Part shown: piece after piece, positions 17,701 through 26,137 of the stretch | How the letters are laid out: each line of letters opens with the position of its first letter | How positions within the stretch are numbered: the first letter of the stretch is position 1 | Assembly (NCBI GenBank): GCA_014251975.1 | Contig: CP059204.1 | Span: 240,001 to 272,000 of the forward strand | DNA length: 32,000 nt | Reading direction: 5' to 3' | Origin: Blattabacterium cuenoti | GTDB lineage: Bacteria; Bacteroidota; Bacteroidia; Flavobacteriales; Blattabacteriaceae | The notes under the pieces: model-generated | What the model saw: only the letters and a program-made list of their open reading frames with translations | The model's database searches: none | Told to the model about the DNA's origin: nothing | Made by a program: the position numbers and the translations under genes

Positions 17701-19392
17701 CTATTTTAGTTTATTTAATTGATATTCAATTTCTTTATTTTTTATTTTGTTAAATAACAATTTTTTCTTTCCCAATAAATGTCCAGGACAAATTATGTTA
17801 AATCTATTTTTTATTTGATTCCAAAAAAGAAGTTTTAAACGAAGTATTTTTAACATCTTATTTGAAGTATCTGGGATAAACAATTCTGATAGTTGAGCTA
17901 ACATAGCTACTATCTGCATTGATACATAAATAATAGTATTTAATCTAATTTTTTTTTTATTATTTTTCCATGGTTCTTCTTCTGTTATATATTTATTACC
18001 TACTTTGGATAAATCCATAAAAATATCTATAGATTCTTTAAATTTAAAAGATTTTAATAAATTTTCTATATGTATTGGGCATTTTTTTATTTTTTCTAAT
18101 ACATATTTATCATTAAAAGAAAATAGTCCCGGACTAGGGATAATCCCTTTATTATATTTATTAACTAAAACTATACTTCTATTAATAAAGTTACCTAATG
18201 TAGCTACTAATTCTGTATTATTTTTTCTTTGAAAGTTTTTCCAATTAAAATTATTATCTTTTTTCTCAGGCATATTTGATATAAGAACATAACGTAATGA
18301 ATCTTGTTTATTAGGAAAATCTTGTATATACTCATGTGCCCATACTGCCCATTTTTTAGAAGTTGATATTTTTTTGTTTTCTAATTTAAGAAATTCATTT
18401 GAAAAAATTTTATGTGGTAAAATATAATTTTTATTATATGCTTTAAGAATAGCTGGGAAAATAATGCTATGAAATACAATATTATCTTTTCCAATAAACT
18501 GTATTAATTTAGTATTATTGTTTTTCCAATAATTTTTCCAATCTACATTTTTTTTATGTGCCCATTCTATTGTAGAAGATATATATCCTATAGGTGCTTC
18601 AAACCATACATATAAAACTTTTTTGTTTTCATTATATATTGGTATTGGGATCCCCCAATCTAAATCTCTTGTTATGGCACGTTCTTTTAACCCATTATCT
18701 AACCAAGATTTGGATTGTCTATAAACATTTTTTTTCCAATTTATTTTATTTTTAACTAAAATCCATTCTTTTAAAAAATCTTGATATTTATTAAATGGTA
18801 AATACCAATTTTTTGTTTTTTTTAAATAAATAGGATTTTTACTAATAGTAGATTTTGGATTTACTAAATCTTCTGGTGATAATGTACTACCACAATTTTC
18901 ACATTGATCTCCATAAGCATATTTATTTCTACAAATAGGACATATACCCATAATATATCTATCTGCAAGAAATTGTGAATATTTTTTATCATAAAATTGA
19001 TAAGATTCTTTTTCAAAAATTTTTTTGTTATCATATAATTTTTTAAAAAAATTAGATGATATTTTATGATGAATTTTAGATGAAGTTCTTGAATAATTAT
19101 CAAATATAATTTTAAAATCGATAAAACAATTTTTAATCATATAATGATACTTATTTACAATTTTATTAGGAGTTGTTTTTTCTTTTTTAGCTTGTATAGA
19201 AATTGGTGCACCATGTTCATCAGATCCACATATGAAAATAACATCTTTTTTTTTTCTTCTAAGAAAACGTACAAAAATATCTGCTGGTAAATATACACCT
19301 GCTAAATGTCCAATATGAATAGGTCCATTTGCATATGGTAAAGCAGCAGTAACTATATATCTGTTATTATTAAATTCTTTCATAATTATCAT
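17701..19392 (-). CDS. metG: methionyl-tRNA synthetase (core enzyme, lacks the C-terminal tRNA-binding appendage)
   Basis: 563 aa (the start may be the Met at 19383). PYANGPIHIGHLAG (HIGH), zinc knuckle CPICRNKYAYGDQCENCG, KISTSKK (KMSKS). Confidence 0.95.
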   Translation of the reverse strand: MIIMKEFNNNRYIVTAALPYANGPIHIGHLAGVYLPADIFVRFLRRKKKDVIFICGSDEHGAPISIQAKKEKTTPNKIVNKYHYMIKNCFIDFKIIFDNYSRTSSKIHHKISSNFFKKLYDNKKIFEKESYQFYDKKYSQFLADRYIMGICPICRNKYAYGDQCENCGSTLSPEDLVNPKSTISKNPIYLKKTKNWYLPFNKYQDFLKEWILVKNKINWKKNVYRQSKSWLDNGLKERAITRDLDWGIPIPIYNENKKVLYVWFEAPIGYISSTIEWAHKKNVDWKNYWKNNNTKLIQFIGKDNIVFHSIIFPAILKAYNKNYILPHKIFSNEFLKLENKKISTSKKWAVWAHEYIQDFPNKQDSLRYVLISNMPEKKDNNFNWKNFQRKNNTELVATLGNFINRSIVLVNKYNKGIIPSPGLFSFNDKYVLEKIKKCPIHIENLLKSFKFKESIDIFMDLSKVGNKYITEEEPWKNNKKKIRLNTIIYVSMQIVAMLAQLSELFIPDTSNKMLKILRLKLLFWNQIKNRFNIICPGHLLGKKKLLFNKIKNKEIEYQLNKLK

Positions 19393-19435
19393 TAATAGTA
19401 AATTTAAACATAGAAAATTATTAAGTTTTTTTTTA

Positions 19436-20335
19436 ATGATAAATAATGATAAGAAATTATTTTTAGTAGATGCATATCCTTTTATATATAAAAGTTTTTA
19501 TACATATAAAAAAAATCCTCTAATTACATCTAATGGATTAGATACTTCTTCAATAATAGGATTTACATATTTTTTATTAAATATTCTTAATGAAGAAAGC
19601 CCAAATTATATGGGAGTTTTTTTTGATTGTAATAAAGAAAATTTTAGAAAAAAAAAATATAAAAAATATAAATCACATAGAAAAATAACACCAACTAAAA
19701 TAGTTAACTCTATACCTTATATAAAAAAAATTTTGAAAGCTTTTAAAATAGTTTATTTTAATTCTAATGGATATGAAGCTGATGATTTAATCGGTACGAT
19801 TGCTAAAAAAGCAGAAAAAAAGGGATTTAAAATTTATATTATTACTTTAGATAAGGATTTTTTACAGTTGGTAACAAAAAACATTAAAATATATAATCCT
19901 TCTAAAGGATATTATAAAAAAATTTTAGACAAAAATTATATTAAAAAAAAGTTTGAAATTAATAATCCAAAACAAATTATTGATTTATGGAGTATGATGG
20001 GTGATCCTACAGACAATATACCAGGATTACCTGGTATAGGAGAAAAAAATGCAAAAAAATTTATAAAAAAATATGGTAATATTGAAAATTTTCTAAATTA
20101 TACTAATGAACTAAATGGTAAAATTAAAGAAAATGTTGAAAAAAATAAATATATGGGTATACTCTCAAAAAAGTTATTAACTATTGTTACTGATATACCA
20201 TACTTTAATTTTATAGAAAATAATTTTTTTATAAAAAAACCAGATTTGTATTATATAAAAAATATATTTAAAGAACTTGAATTTAAAAAGTTATTAAAAA
20301 AAGTATATAAGTATTATAACAAATATAATAATTAA
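19436..20335 (+). CDS. polA: 5'-3' exonuclease (PolI N-terminal / FEN-like domain only, no Klenow domains)
   Basis: 299 aa. LFLVDAYPFIYKSFY, GYEADDLIGTIAKK, LDKDFLQLV, and H3TH motif IPGLPGIGEKNAKKFIKKYG. The ORF ends at 20335 and is immediately overlapped by the convergent nadD. Confidence 0.88.
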   Translation: MINNDKKLFLVDAYPFIYKSFYTYKKNPLITSNGLDTSSIIGFTYFLLNILNEESPNYMGVFFDCNKENFRKKKYKKYKSHRKITPTKIVNSIPYIKKILKAFKIVYFNSNGYEADDLIGTIAKKAEKKGFKIYIITLDKDFLQLVTKNIKIYNPSKGYYKKILDKNYIKKKFEINNPKQIIDLWSMMGDPTDNIPGLPGIGEKNAKKFIKKYGNIENFLNYTNELNGKIKENVEKNKYMGILSKKLLTIVTDIPYFNFIENNFFIKKPDLYYIKNIFKELEFKKLLKKVYKYYNKYNN

Positions 20336-20907
20336 AAAATATTGTGTTTTTTAATATAATTCCAAATTTTATATGGTAATAATAATCTCACATCTTTTTT
20401 ACTTCTAATTGAATTCCTAATAAAAGAAGATGATATTTCTATAATTGGAGCGTTAATAAAAATTACTTTTTTTTTACTATTAAAAACAGGATTAACAACA
20501 TGAATTCCTAATCTGGGATAAACTATAATATTGTATTTATTTAAAATAGTTTTATAACTATTCCATCTTCTTAAAGAAGAATAACAGTCTTCTCCTAAAA
20601 GGATATAAAATTTTATTTTAGGAAATTTCTTTTCTATACGATTTAAAGTGTGAATCGTATAAGATGGATAATATCCAGATTCTATATCTATAATACTCAT
20701 TTTTTTAAAGTCATTAATTGCAATTTTAACCATTTTTATTCTAGTTTCGTAATCCAAAAGATTCTTTTTCATTTTTAGTGGATTTTGTGGAGAAACTATA
20801 AACCAAACGTAATTTATATAATCTATAAATTCAGCTATATGATTTGCTATTATCATATGTCCTAAATGAATAGGATTAAATGATCCAAAGTATAGTGCTA
20901 TTTTCAA
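20332..20907 (-). CDS. nadD: nicotinate-nucleotide adenylyltransferase
   Basis: 191 aa. YFGSFNPIHLGH (GxFxPxHxGH) and the C-terminal ISSSFIR motif. Confidence 0.9.
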   Translation of the reverse strand: MKIALYFGSFNPIHLGHMIIANHIAEFIDYINYVWFIVSPQNPLKMKKNLLDYETRIKMVKIAINDFKKMSIIDIESGYYPSYTIHTLNRIEKKFPKIKFYILLGEDCYSSLRRWNSYKTILNKYNIIVYPRLGIHVVNPVFNSKKKVIFINAPIIEISSSFIRNSIRSKKDVRLLLPYKIWNYIKKHNIF

Positions 20908-20997
20908 AATAAATTAATTATTTTTTTATATTATAAAAATAGATTAAAATATATTAGTAACTTGTTTATTTTATTTTTTTGTACTTTACGTTTTGTA

Positions 20998-22819
20998 ATG
21001 AAAAACGTAAAAAAAAATATTAACAACAAACATAGAAATAAAATAATAATTGGTCTATTATTTTTAATAAACAGTATTTTTTTATTTTTTAGTTTTTTTT
21101 CATTTTTATTTAATTATGCAAAAATAAAATATAAATTAGAATTTTTTTATAATTTTTATTTTTTTTTATTAAAATTAAAATTTTTTATAAATGTATTTAT
21201 AAATATATGTACAAAATATTTAATATTTTATGGTATAGGAATAAGTTCTTTTTTTATACCTATTTTTTTATATATTATTGGACTAAATTTTCTTTTTTCA
21301 AGAAAAATTATAAAAAGAACAATACATAATATAATATTTTTTATAATATGGACCCCTTTGGTCTGTAATTTAATATTTCCTAATAAAAAAATTTTTAGTG
21401 GTATTTTAGGTATTAAAATAGGAAATTTTATAATTAATTTTTTTGGTAAAAAAATTTTATCATGTGTACTTATTATTAGTTTTTTTCTTCAATTATTTTC
21501 AAAAAAAATATATAAAAAAATTTTTTATAATATTGATTTTTTTTTTAATAAATTTTCTTAAAAAGAATAATAAAATATATAAAAAAATAAAAATTAAAAA
21601 TGTAAATGAAAAAAAAAATATATTTTATTCCATTTTATGCAAAAAAAATAACAGAGAAAATATTTCAATTGATAAATCGTATTCTGAACTTATTAAAAAT
21701 AAAATAATTAAAATTCTTAATCATTATAAGATAAAAATACTTAAAGTAAAGCCAATAATAGGGCCAACAGTAACTGTATACGAAATATATCCACATATAG
21801 GATTTCGTATTTCAAAAATACGTAATATAGAAAATGAAATAGCATTAAATTTATATTCTGAATCTATAAGAATAATAGCACCTATTCCAGGAAAGGGTAC
21901 TATAGGGATAGAAGTCCCTAATAACAAAAAAAACACTATATATATGGACGAAATTCTTTTTTCAGAGGAAAGTAACGAAAAAAGTAATAAATTAGAATTA
22001 CCAATTACATTAGGTAAAACTATTTTTAATAAAATATGTATTATAGATTTAACAGAATTACCTCACTTACTTATATCTGGATCAACAGGGCAAGGTAAAT
22101 CAGTAGGATTAAACGTAATTATAATTTCTTTATTATATAGAAAAGAGCCTAAAGATGTAAAATTTATTTTAATTGATCCTAAAAAAGTAGAATTATCCAT
22201 ATATAAAGATCTCTATAAATCATATCTAGCAACAATACCAAATAACTCAAATCCTATTATTACAAATTTTAATGAAGTAATAAATATTTTAAATTCTTTA
22301 TGTAAAGAGATGGATAAAAGATACTATTTATTAGAAAAAAATAAAGTAAGGAATATTAAAGAATATAATAAAATTATACATAAAAAATTACCTTATATAA
22401 TATTAATTATTGATGAATTTGCAGATCTTAATTTATCCGAAAAAAAAAATAAATTTATAGAAAAATATATTATACGTTTATCACAACTTGCTCGAGCTGT
22501 AGGAATACATTTAATTATATCTACTCAGAGACCATCAGTAGATGTTATAAGTGGATTAATAAAATCTAATTTTACATCTAGAATATCATTTAAAGTTAGT
22601 TCAAAAATAGATTCTATAACTATATTAGATAGACCAGGTGCTGAACAATTAATAGGAAAAGGAGATTTGTTATTTTACAACAAAAATAAATTAATACGTT
22701 TACAATGTCCTTTTATAAGTTTATTCGAAATTAAAAAAATTATAGAATTTTATAATAAATATTATAAAAATAATAATTTATACTTATTACCAAAGTATGA
22801 TAAAAATAGTAATTTTTAA
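20998..22819 (+). pseudogene. ftsK: DNA translocase FtsK, split into a membrane-domain ORF and a motor-domain ORF by a +1 frameshift between about 21500 and 21561 (either a pseudogene or expressed via slippage)
   Basis: Frame 1 (ORF track 20962-21561, likely ATG at 20998) encodes about 4 Phe/Ile-rich TM helices with an FtsK-like pattern (GILGIKIGNFIINFFGKKILSCVLIISFF). Frame 2 (open from 21434 to 22819) encodes the alpha/beta motor: IGPTVTVYEIYPHIGFRISKI, Walker A GSTGQGKS, Walker B ILIIDEFADL, QRPSVDVISGLIKSNF. Frame 2 has no ATG before the conserved domain; its first Met is inside it. Confidence 0.85.
21537..21546 (+). repeat. T10 homopolymer, the most likely ftsK frameshift site
   Basis: gaTTTTTTTTTTaataaatttt. 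Removing one T fuses ...YNIDFF to LINFLKKNNKIYKK... in frame. Shorter A8, A7 and T6 runs at 21501-21526 are alternative sites. Confidence 0.6.
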
Positions 22820-22830
22820 CTAATAATTTG

Positions 22831-22904
22831 CGGTCTGGACGGGATTTGAACCCGCGACCCCATGCGTGACAGGCATGTATTCTAACCGACTGAACTACCA
22901 GACC
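22831..22904 (-). tRNA. tRNA-Asp (anticodon GUC), 74 nt, no encoded CCA
   Basis: The reverse complement reads GGTCTGGTAGTTCAGTCGGTTAGAATACATGCCTGTCACGCATGGGGTCGCGGGTTCAAATCCCGTCCAGACCG. Cloverleaf: acceptor GGTCTGG/CCAGACC, anticodon loop CTGTCAC, T loop TTCAAAT. Confidence 0.92.
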
Positions 22905-22934
22905 AACTATGATTATGATATTTCTTATGCTTAA

Positions 22935-23258
22935 TTAAATAGTATCTAACTTTTTTCGTATATTTTCTTTTGAGGATACTCCGATATATATGTCTTTTTT
23001 TTTGCCATTTTTAAAAAAAATTAAAGTAGGTATACTACGGATACCATATTTAGAAGAACATTGTGGATTTTCATCTACATTAATTTTGAAAAAAATTGCT
23101 TTATTTTTGTACTCCTCTAAGTAAATTTCCTCAAGTAAAATTGATAAAGTTTTACATGGAGTACACCATGGAGCCCAAAAATCAACTAAAATAGGTTTAT
23201 CAGATTTATCGGAAGATACTTTTGTATGAAAATTTTTATCATTAATTTCTTGTATCAT
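22935..23258 (-). CDS. trxA: thioredoxin (active site WCTPC instead of WCGPC)
   Basis: 107 aa. PILVDFWAPWCTPCK...GIRSIPTLIFFKNGK is the typical thioredoxin fold and length. Confidence 0.9.
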   Translation of the reverse strand: MIQEINDKNFHTKVSSDKSDKPILVDFWAPWCTPCKTLSILLEEIYLEEYKNKAIFFKINVDENPQCSSKYGIRSIPTLIFFKNGKKKDIYIGVSSKENIRKKLDTI

Positions 23259-23316
23259 AATATATTATCCTTTGTAAAAAAATATAAAAACAAATTTACA
23301 ATTTTTTTTTTTTAAT

Positions 23317-24390
23317 TTAAAAACAAAAATCTTTCAATAAATTTACATAAATTTCAATTCCTTCTATAATTTCCGAAATTAAAATATATTCGTTAGACGT
23401 ATGAGATCGTGTACTGTCTCCAACACCAATTTTAATTGTTGGAAAATTCATTATACTTTGATCTGACAGTGTTGGAGAGCCATAAGTTTTTAAACCTATT
23501 TTTTTTGATTTTTTAACAATTGGATGCATTATATTAATAAACGAATGATTTCTATTAAAAGAACGAGGATATACCTTAGATGTAATTTTACTTTGTATAC
23601 TACTTATTAATTCTTTATTATTATATAATTCGTTTGTTCTAACATCCAATACAAAAGTACAAACATCAGGAATTACATTATGTTGAATCCCCCCAAATAT
23701 TTGAGTTACACTTAATTTAATTTCTCCTAATAAATTTGATTTTTTTTTAAAATAAATATTTTGTATAGATTCTATATCTTTTGAAGCAATATAAATAGCA
23801 TTTATTCCATCATTTATAGCGGAATGTCCAGTTTTACCTATTGCAATACAATCTAAAATCAATAACCCTTTTTCTGCAATAGCTAATTTCATATTAGTAG
23901 GTTCACCTACAATACCTAAATCTATAGTACCTAATTCTGATAATATAGAAATAATACCTAATGATCCAGATATTTCTTCCTCTGCTGTGATAGACATAAT
24001 TAATTTGTAAGGTAATTCTGGAAGTTTGCATAAATATATAAAAGCAGATAGTAAAGATACTATAGAACCTCCAGCATCATTGCTGCCTAATCCTATTATT
24101 TTATTACCTTTTTTAATTGGATAAAATGGGTTTGTAATCCAACTTTTTCCTGGATTTATAGTATCATGATGAGTATTTAATAATATAGTTTTTATATTTT
24201 TTTTATTATTATAATTTATACTCTCTGTCCATATATTATTGAATTTTCTTTTTACTTTAAATCCATATTTGTGTAAATAATTTTCTATTAACAAAGATAC
24301 TTTATATTCTTTTTTAGATATAGAAGGTATAGTAATTAATTTCATTAAAAGTTGTATAGATTCTTTTTTAAGAATTTTTAAATCAATCAT
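23317..24390 (-). CDS. argE: M20-family deacylase, probable acetylornithine deacetylase (ArgE); DapE-like activity cannot be excluded
   Basis: 357 aa. M20 metal ligand motifs (HHDTI, GSNDAGGS, AEEEISG) plus a dimerisation-domain insert. It is the last gene of the arg operon, overlapping argB by 4 nt. Confidence 0.75.
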   Translation of the reverse strand: MIDLKILKKESIQLLMKLITIPSISKKEYKVSLLIENYLHKYGFKVKRKFNNIWTESINYNNKKNIKTILLNTHHDTINPGKSWITNPFYPIKKGNKIIGLGSNDAGGSIVSLLSAFIYLCKLPELPYKLIMSITAEEEISGSLGIISILSELGTIDLGIVGEPTNMKLAIAEKGLLILDCIAIGKTGHSAINDGINAIYIASKDIESIQNIYFKKKSNLLGEIKLSVTQIFGGIQHNVIPDVCTFVLDVRTNELYNNKELISSIQSKITSKVYPRSFNRNHSFINIMHPIVKKSKKIGLKTYGSPTLSDQSIMNFPTIKIGVGDSTRSHTSNEYILISEIIEGIEIYVNLLKDFCF

Positions 24391-25169
24391 AGATATATGA
24401 TTGTTTTGTTATATAAATCATTTAATGAATAATATGATCCAATGCTAACTCTATAAACCCCATTTTTTAACGCAAAAAACGCATTTTCTAATTTTGGTAT
24501 CATACCATTATAAATGGTACTATTTTTTTTCATTTCCAAGAATAATTTAAAATTAACTTTATGAAAAAAAGAATCAGAATCATATATATTCTTTAAAACT
24601 CCTTTTTTTTCAAAACAAAAATGTAATTCTATTTCGTATTTTTTTGATAAGGATATAGCGACATTAGATGCAATAGTATCAGCATTGGTATTTAATAAAG
24701 TTCCAAAACCATTATGAGTAATAGGACATAATACAGGAGTAATATTGTTAATTAATAAAAATTTTATTAAATTAGTGTTAATACTTTTTGAATTTTTAAT
24801 TTCTCCGACATATCCATAATCAATATTTTTTTCTTTCTTTGCATATTCAGACTGTATACAATTACCATCTGCACCGCATAATCCTATAGCATTACATTTA
24901 TAATATTGCAATAAAGCTACTATATTTTTGTTAATAATTCCTGCGTAAGTCATAATAGCAACTTCTAATGTTCTTTTATCTGTTATTCTTCTTCCTTGTA
25001 TAATTTTTTTAGGAATTTTCATCTTATCTAATATAATATTTGCTATCTCCCCTCCCCCATGTATCAAAATTTTATATCCACTTAATTTACAAAAAGATTT
25101 TAAAAAAATATTAAGAAAATTTTTATCATTAATTAAATGACCTCCTATTTTTACAACATGTATTTTCAT
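24387..25169 (-). CDS. argB: acetylglutamate kinase
   Basis: 260 aa. VVKIGG, HGGG, GRRITD and NTNADT are amino acid kinase family motifs typical of ArgB. Confidence 0.9.
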   Translation of the reverse strand: MKIHVVKIGGHLINDKNFLNIFLKSFCKLSGYKILIHGGGEIANIILDKMKIPKKIIQGRRITDKRTLEVAIMTYAGIINKNIVALLQYYKCNAIGLCGADGNCIQSEYAKKEKNIDYGYVGEIKNSKSINTNLIKFLLINNITPVLCPITHNGFGTLLNTNADTIASNVAISLSKKYEIELHFCFEKKGVLKNIYDSDSFFHKVNFKLFLEMKKNSTIYNGMIPKLENAFFALKNGVYRVSIGSYYSLNDLYNKTIIYL

Positions 25170-26131
25170 AATAAAGACTGAAAAATTTTTAAAAATATTA
25201 TTTGCGATGCGTAAATTCTATTTTCAGCTTGTTGTAAAACAATAGAATCATTACTATCTAATACTGAATCTTCTACAACTATATTTCTTCTTACTGGTAA
25301 ACAATGCATAAATTTAGCTTTATTAGTTAATTTCATTTTTTCTTTTGTTATCATCCATTTTCTATCTTTACATAATATTTTACCATATTTTACTACACAA
25401 CTACTCCAATTTTTTGCATAAACAAAATCTGAATTTAAAAGAGCCTTATTTTGATTATAATAAATTTTTCCCTTATAATCTCTAATAAATTTTTCATGAA
25501 GATCATATTGTTCAGGATATGTTATACAAAATTCTATTTCTTTTATTTTAGTAATCCATTGAATAAGAGAATTAACTACAGAATGTGGTAAAGGTTTTAT
25601 ATGAGGCACCCAACTCAATACCACTTTACATTTTTTTTTAAAAAAAGAGCTATGTTCTGCAATTGTAATAATATCTGCTAAAGATTGTAATGGATGTAAT
25701 GTGGCACTTTCCAAATTAATAACTGGTACTCTTGAATATCGTAATATCTTTTTAAAAATGATCTCTTCATAGTCATAATTTTTATTTAATAAATTAGGAA
25801 ATGTCCTAACTCCCAAAATATCACAATATAAACTCATTACTGATATAGCTTCTTTTAAATGCTCTTGTGTAGTTTTCATAACAGTTCCATCATTCATTTC
25901 AATATTCCAAGAATCTTTATTAACATTTAATACCCATATATTACATCCTAAATTAAAAGCTGCTTTTTGACAACTAATTCTAGTACGTAATGAAGGATTA
26001 AAAAAAACTAAACCAATTGTTTTATTTTTACCTATATATTTAAAACTATATGGATTTTTCTTTAAAAAAAGTGATTCTTTAACAATTTTATATACGTTAA
26101 CTACATCTTTTACACTAAAAAAATTATACAT
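25166..26131 (-). CDS. argF: N-acyl-L-ornithine (acetyl- or succinyl-ornithine) carbamoyltransferase, argF'-type
   Basis: 321 aa. Carbamoyl-phosphate motifs are present (NPSLRTRIS, HPLQSLAD, HCLPVRRN), but the ornithine-binding DxxxSMG motif of true OTCases is absent (the region reads VYAKNWSS). This matches the Bacteroidota/Xanthomonas AOTCase/SOTCase family. Confidence 0.85.
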   Translation of the reverse strand: MYNFFSVKDVVNVYKIVKESLFLKKNPYSFKYIGKNKTIGLVFFNPSLRTRISCQKAAFNLGCNIWVLNVNKDSWNIEMNDGTVMKTTQEHLKEAISVMSLYCDILGVRTFPNLLNKNYDYEEIIFKKILRYSRVPVINLESATLHPLQSLADIITIAEHSSFFKKKCKVVLSWVPHIKPLPHSVVNSLIQWITKIKEIEFCITYPEQYDLHEKFIRDYKGKIYYNQNKALLNSDFVYAKNWSSCVVKYGKILCKDRKWMITKEKMKLTNKAKFMHCLPVRRNIVVEDSVLDSNDSIVLQQAENRIYASQIIFLKIFQSLL

Positions 26132-26137
26132 ATTTAT

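Noticed and set aside
18005-19103. Two small ORFs within metG (18005-18232 on the plus strand, 18864-19103 on the minus strand out of frame)
   Set aside because: Both lie inside the strongly supported metG CDS, one antisense and one in an alternative frame. Their composition is typical of chance ORFs in AT-rich DNA.
20332-20335. Convergent overlap of the exonuclease and nadD stop codons (TTAA), and the 4-nt ATGA overlaps in the operons
   Set aside because: These are ordinary consequences of genome compaction and translational coupling, not a distinct regulatory feature.
21724-21936. 70-aa minus-strand ORF antisense to the ftsK motor domain
   Set aside because: It is a shadow ORF opposite conserved FtsK alpha-domain sequence.
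23259-23316. T12 tract (23302-23313) in the argE/trxA spacer, considered as a regulatory element
   Set aside because: It is a homopolymer in an AT-rich spacer with no flanking dyad symmetry or repeat, so it cannot be distinguished from compositional background.
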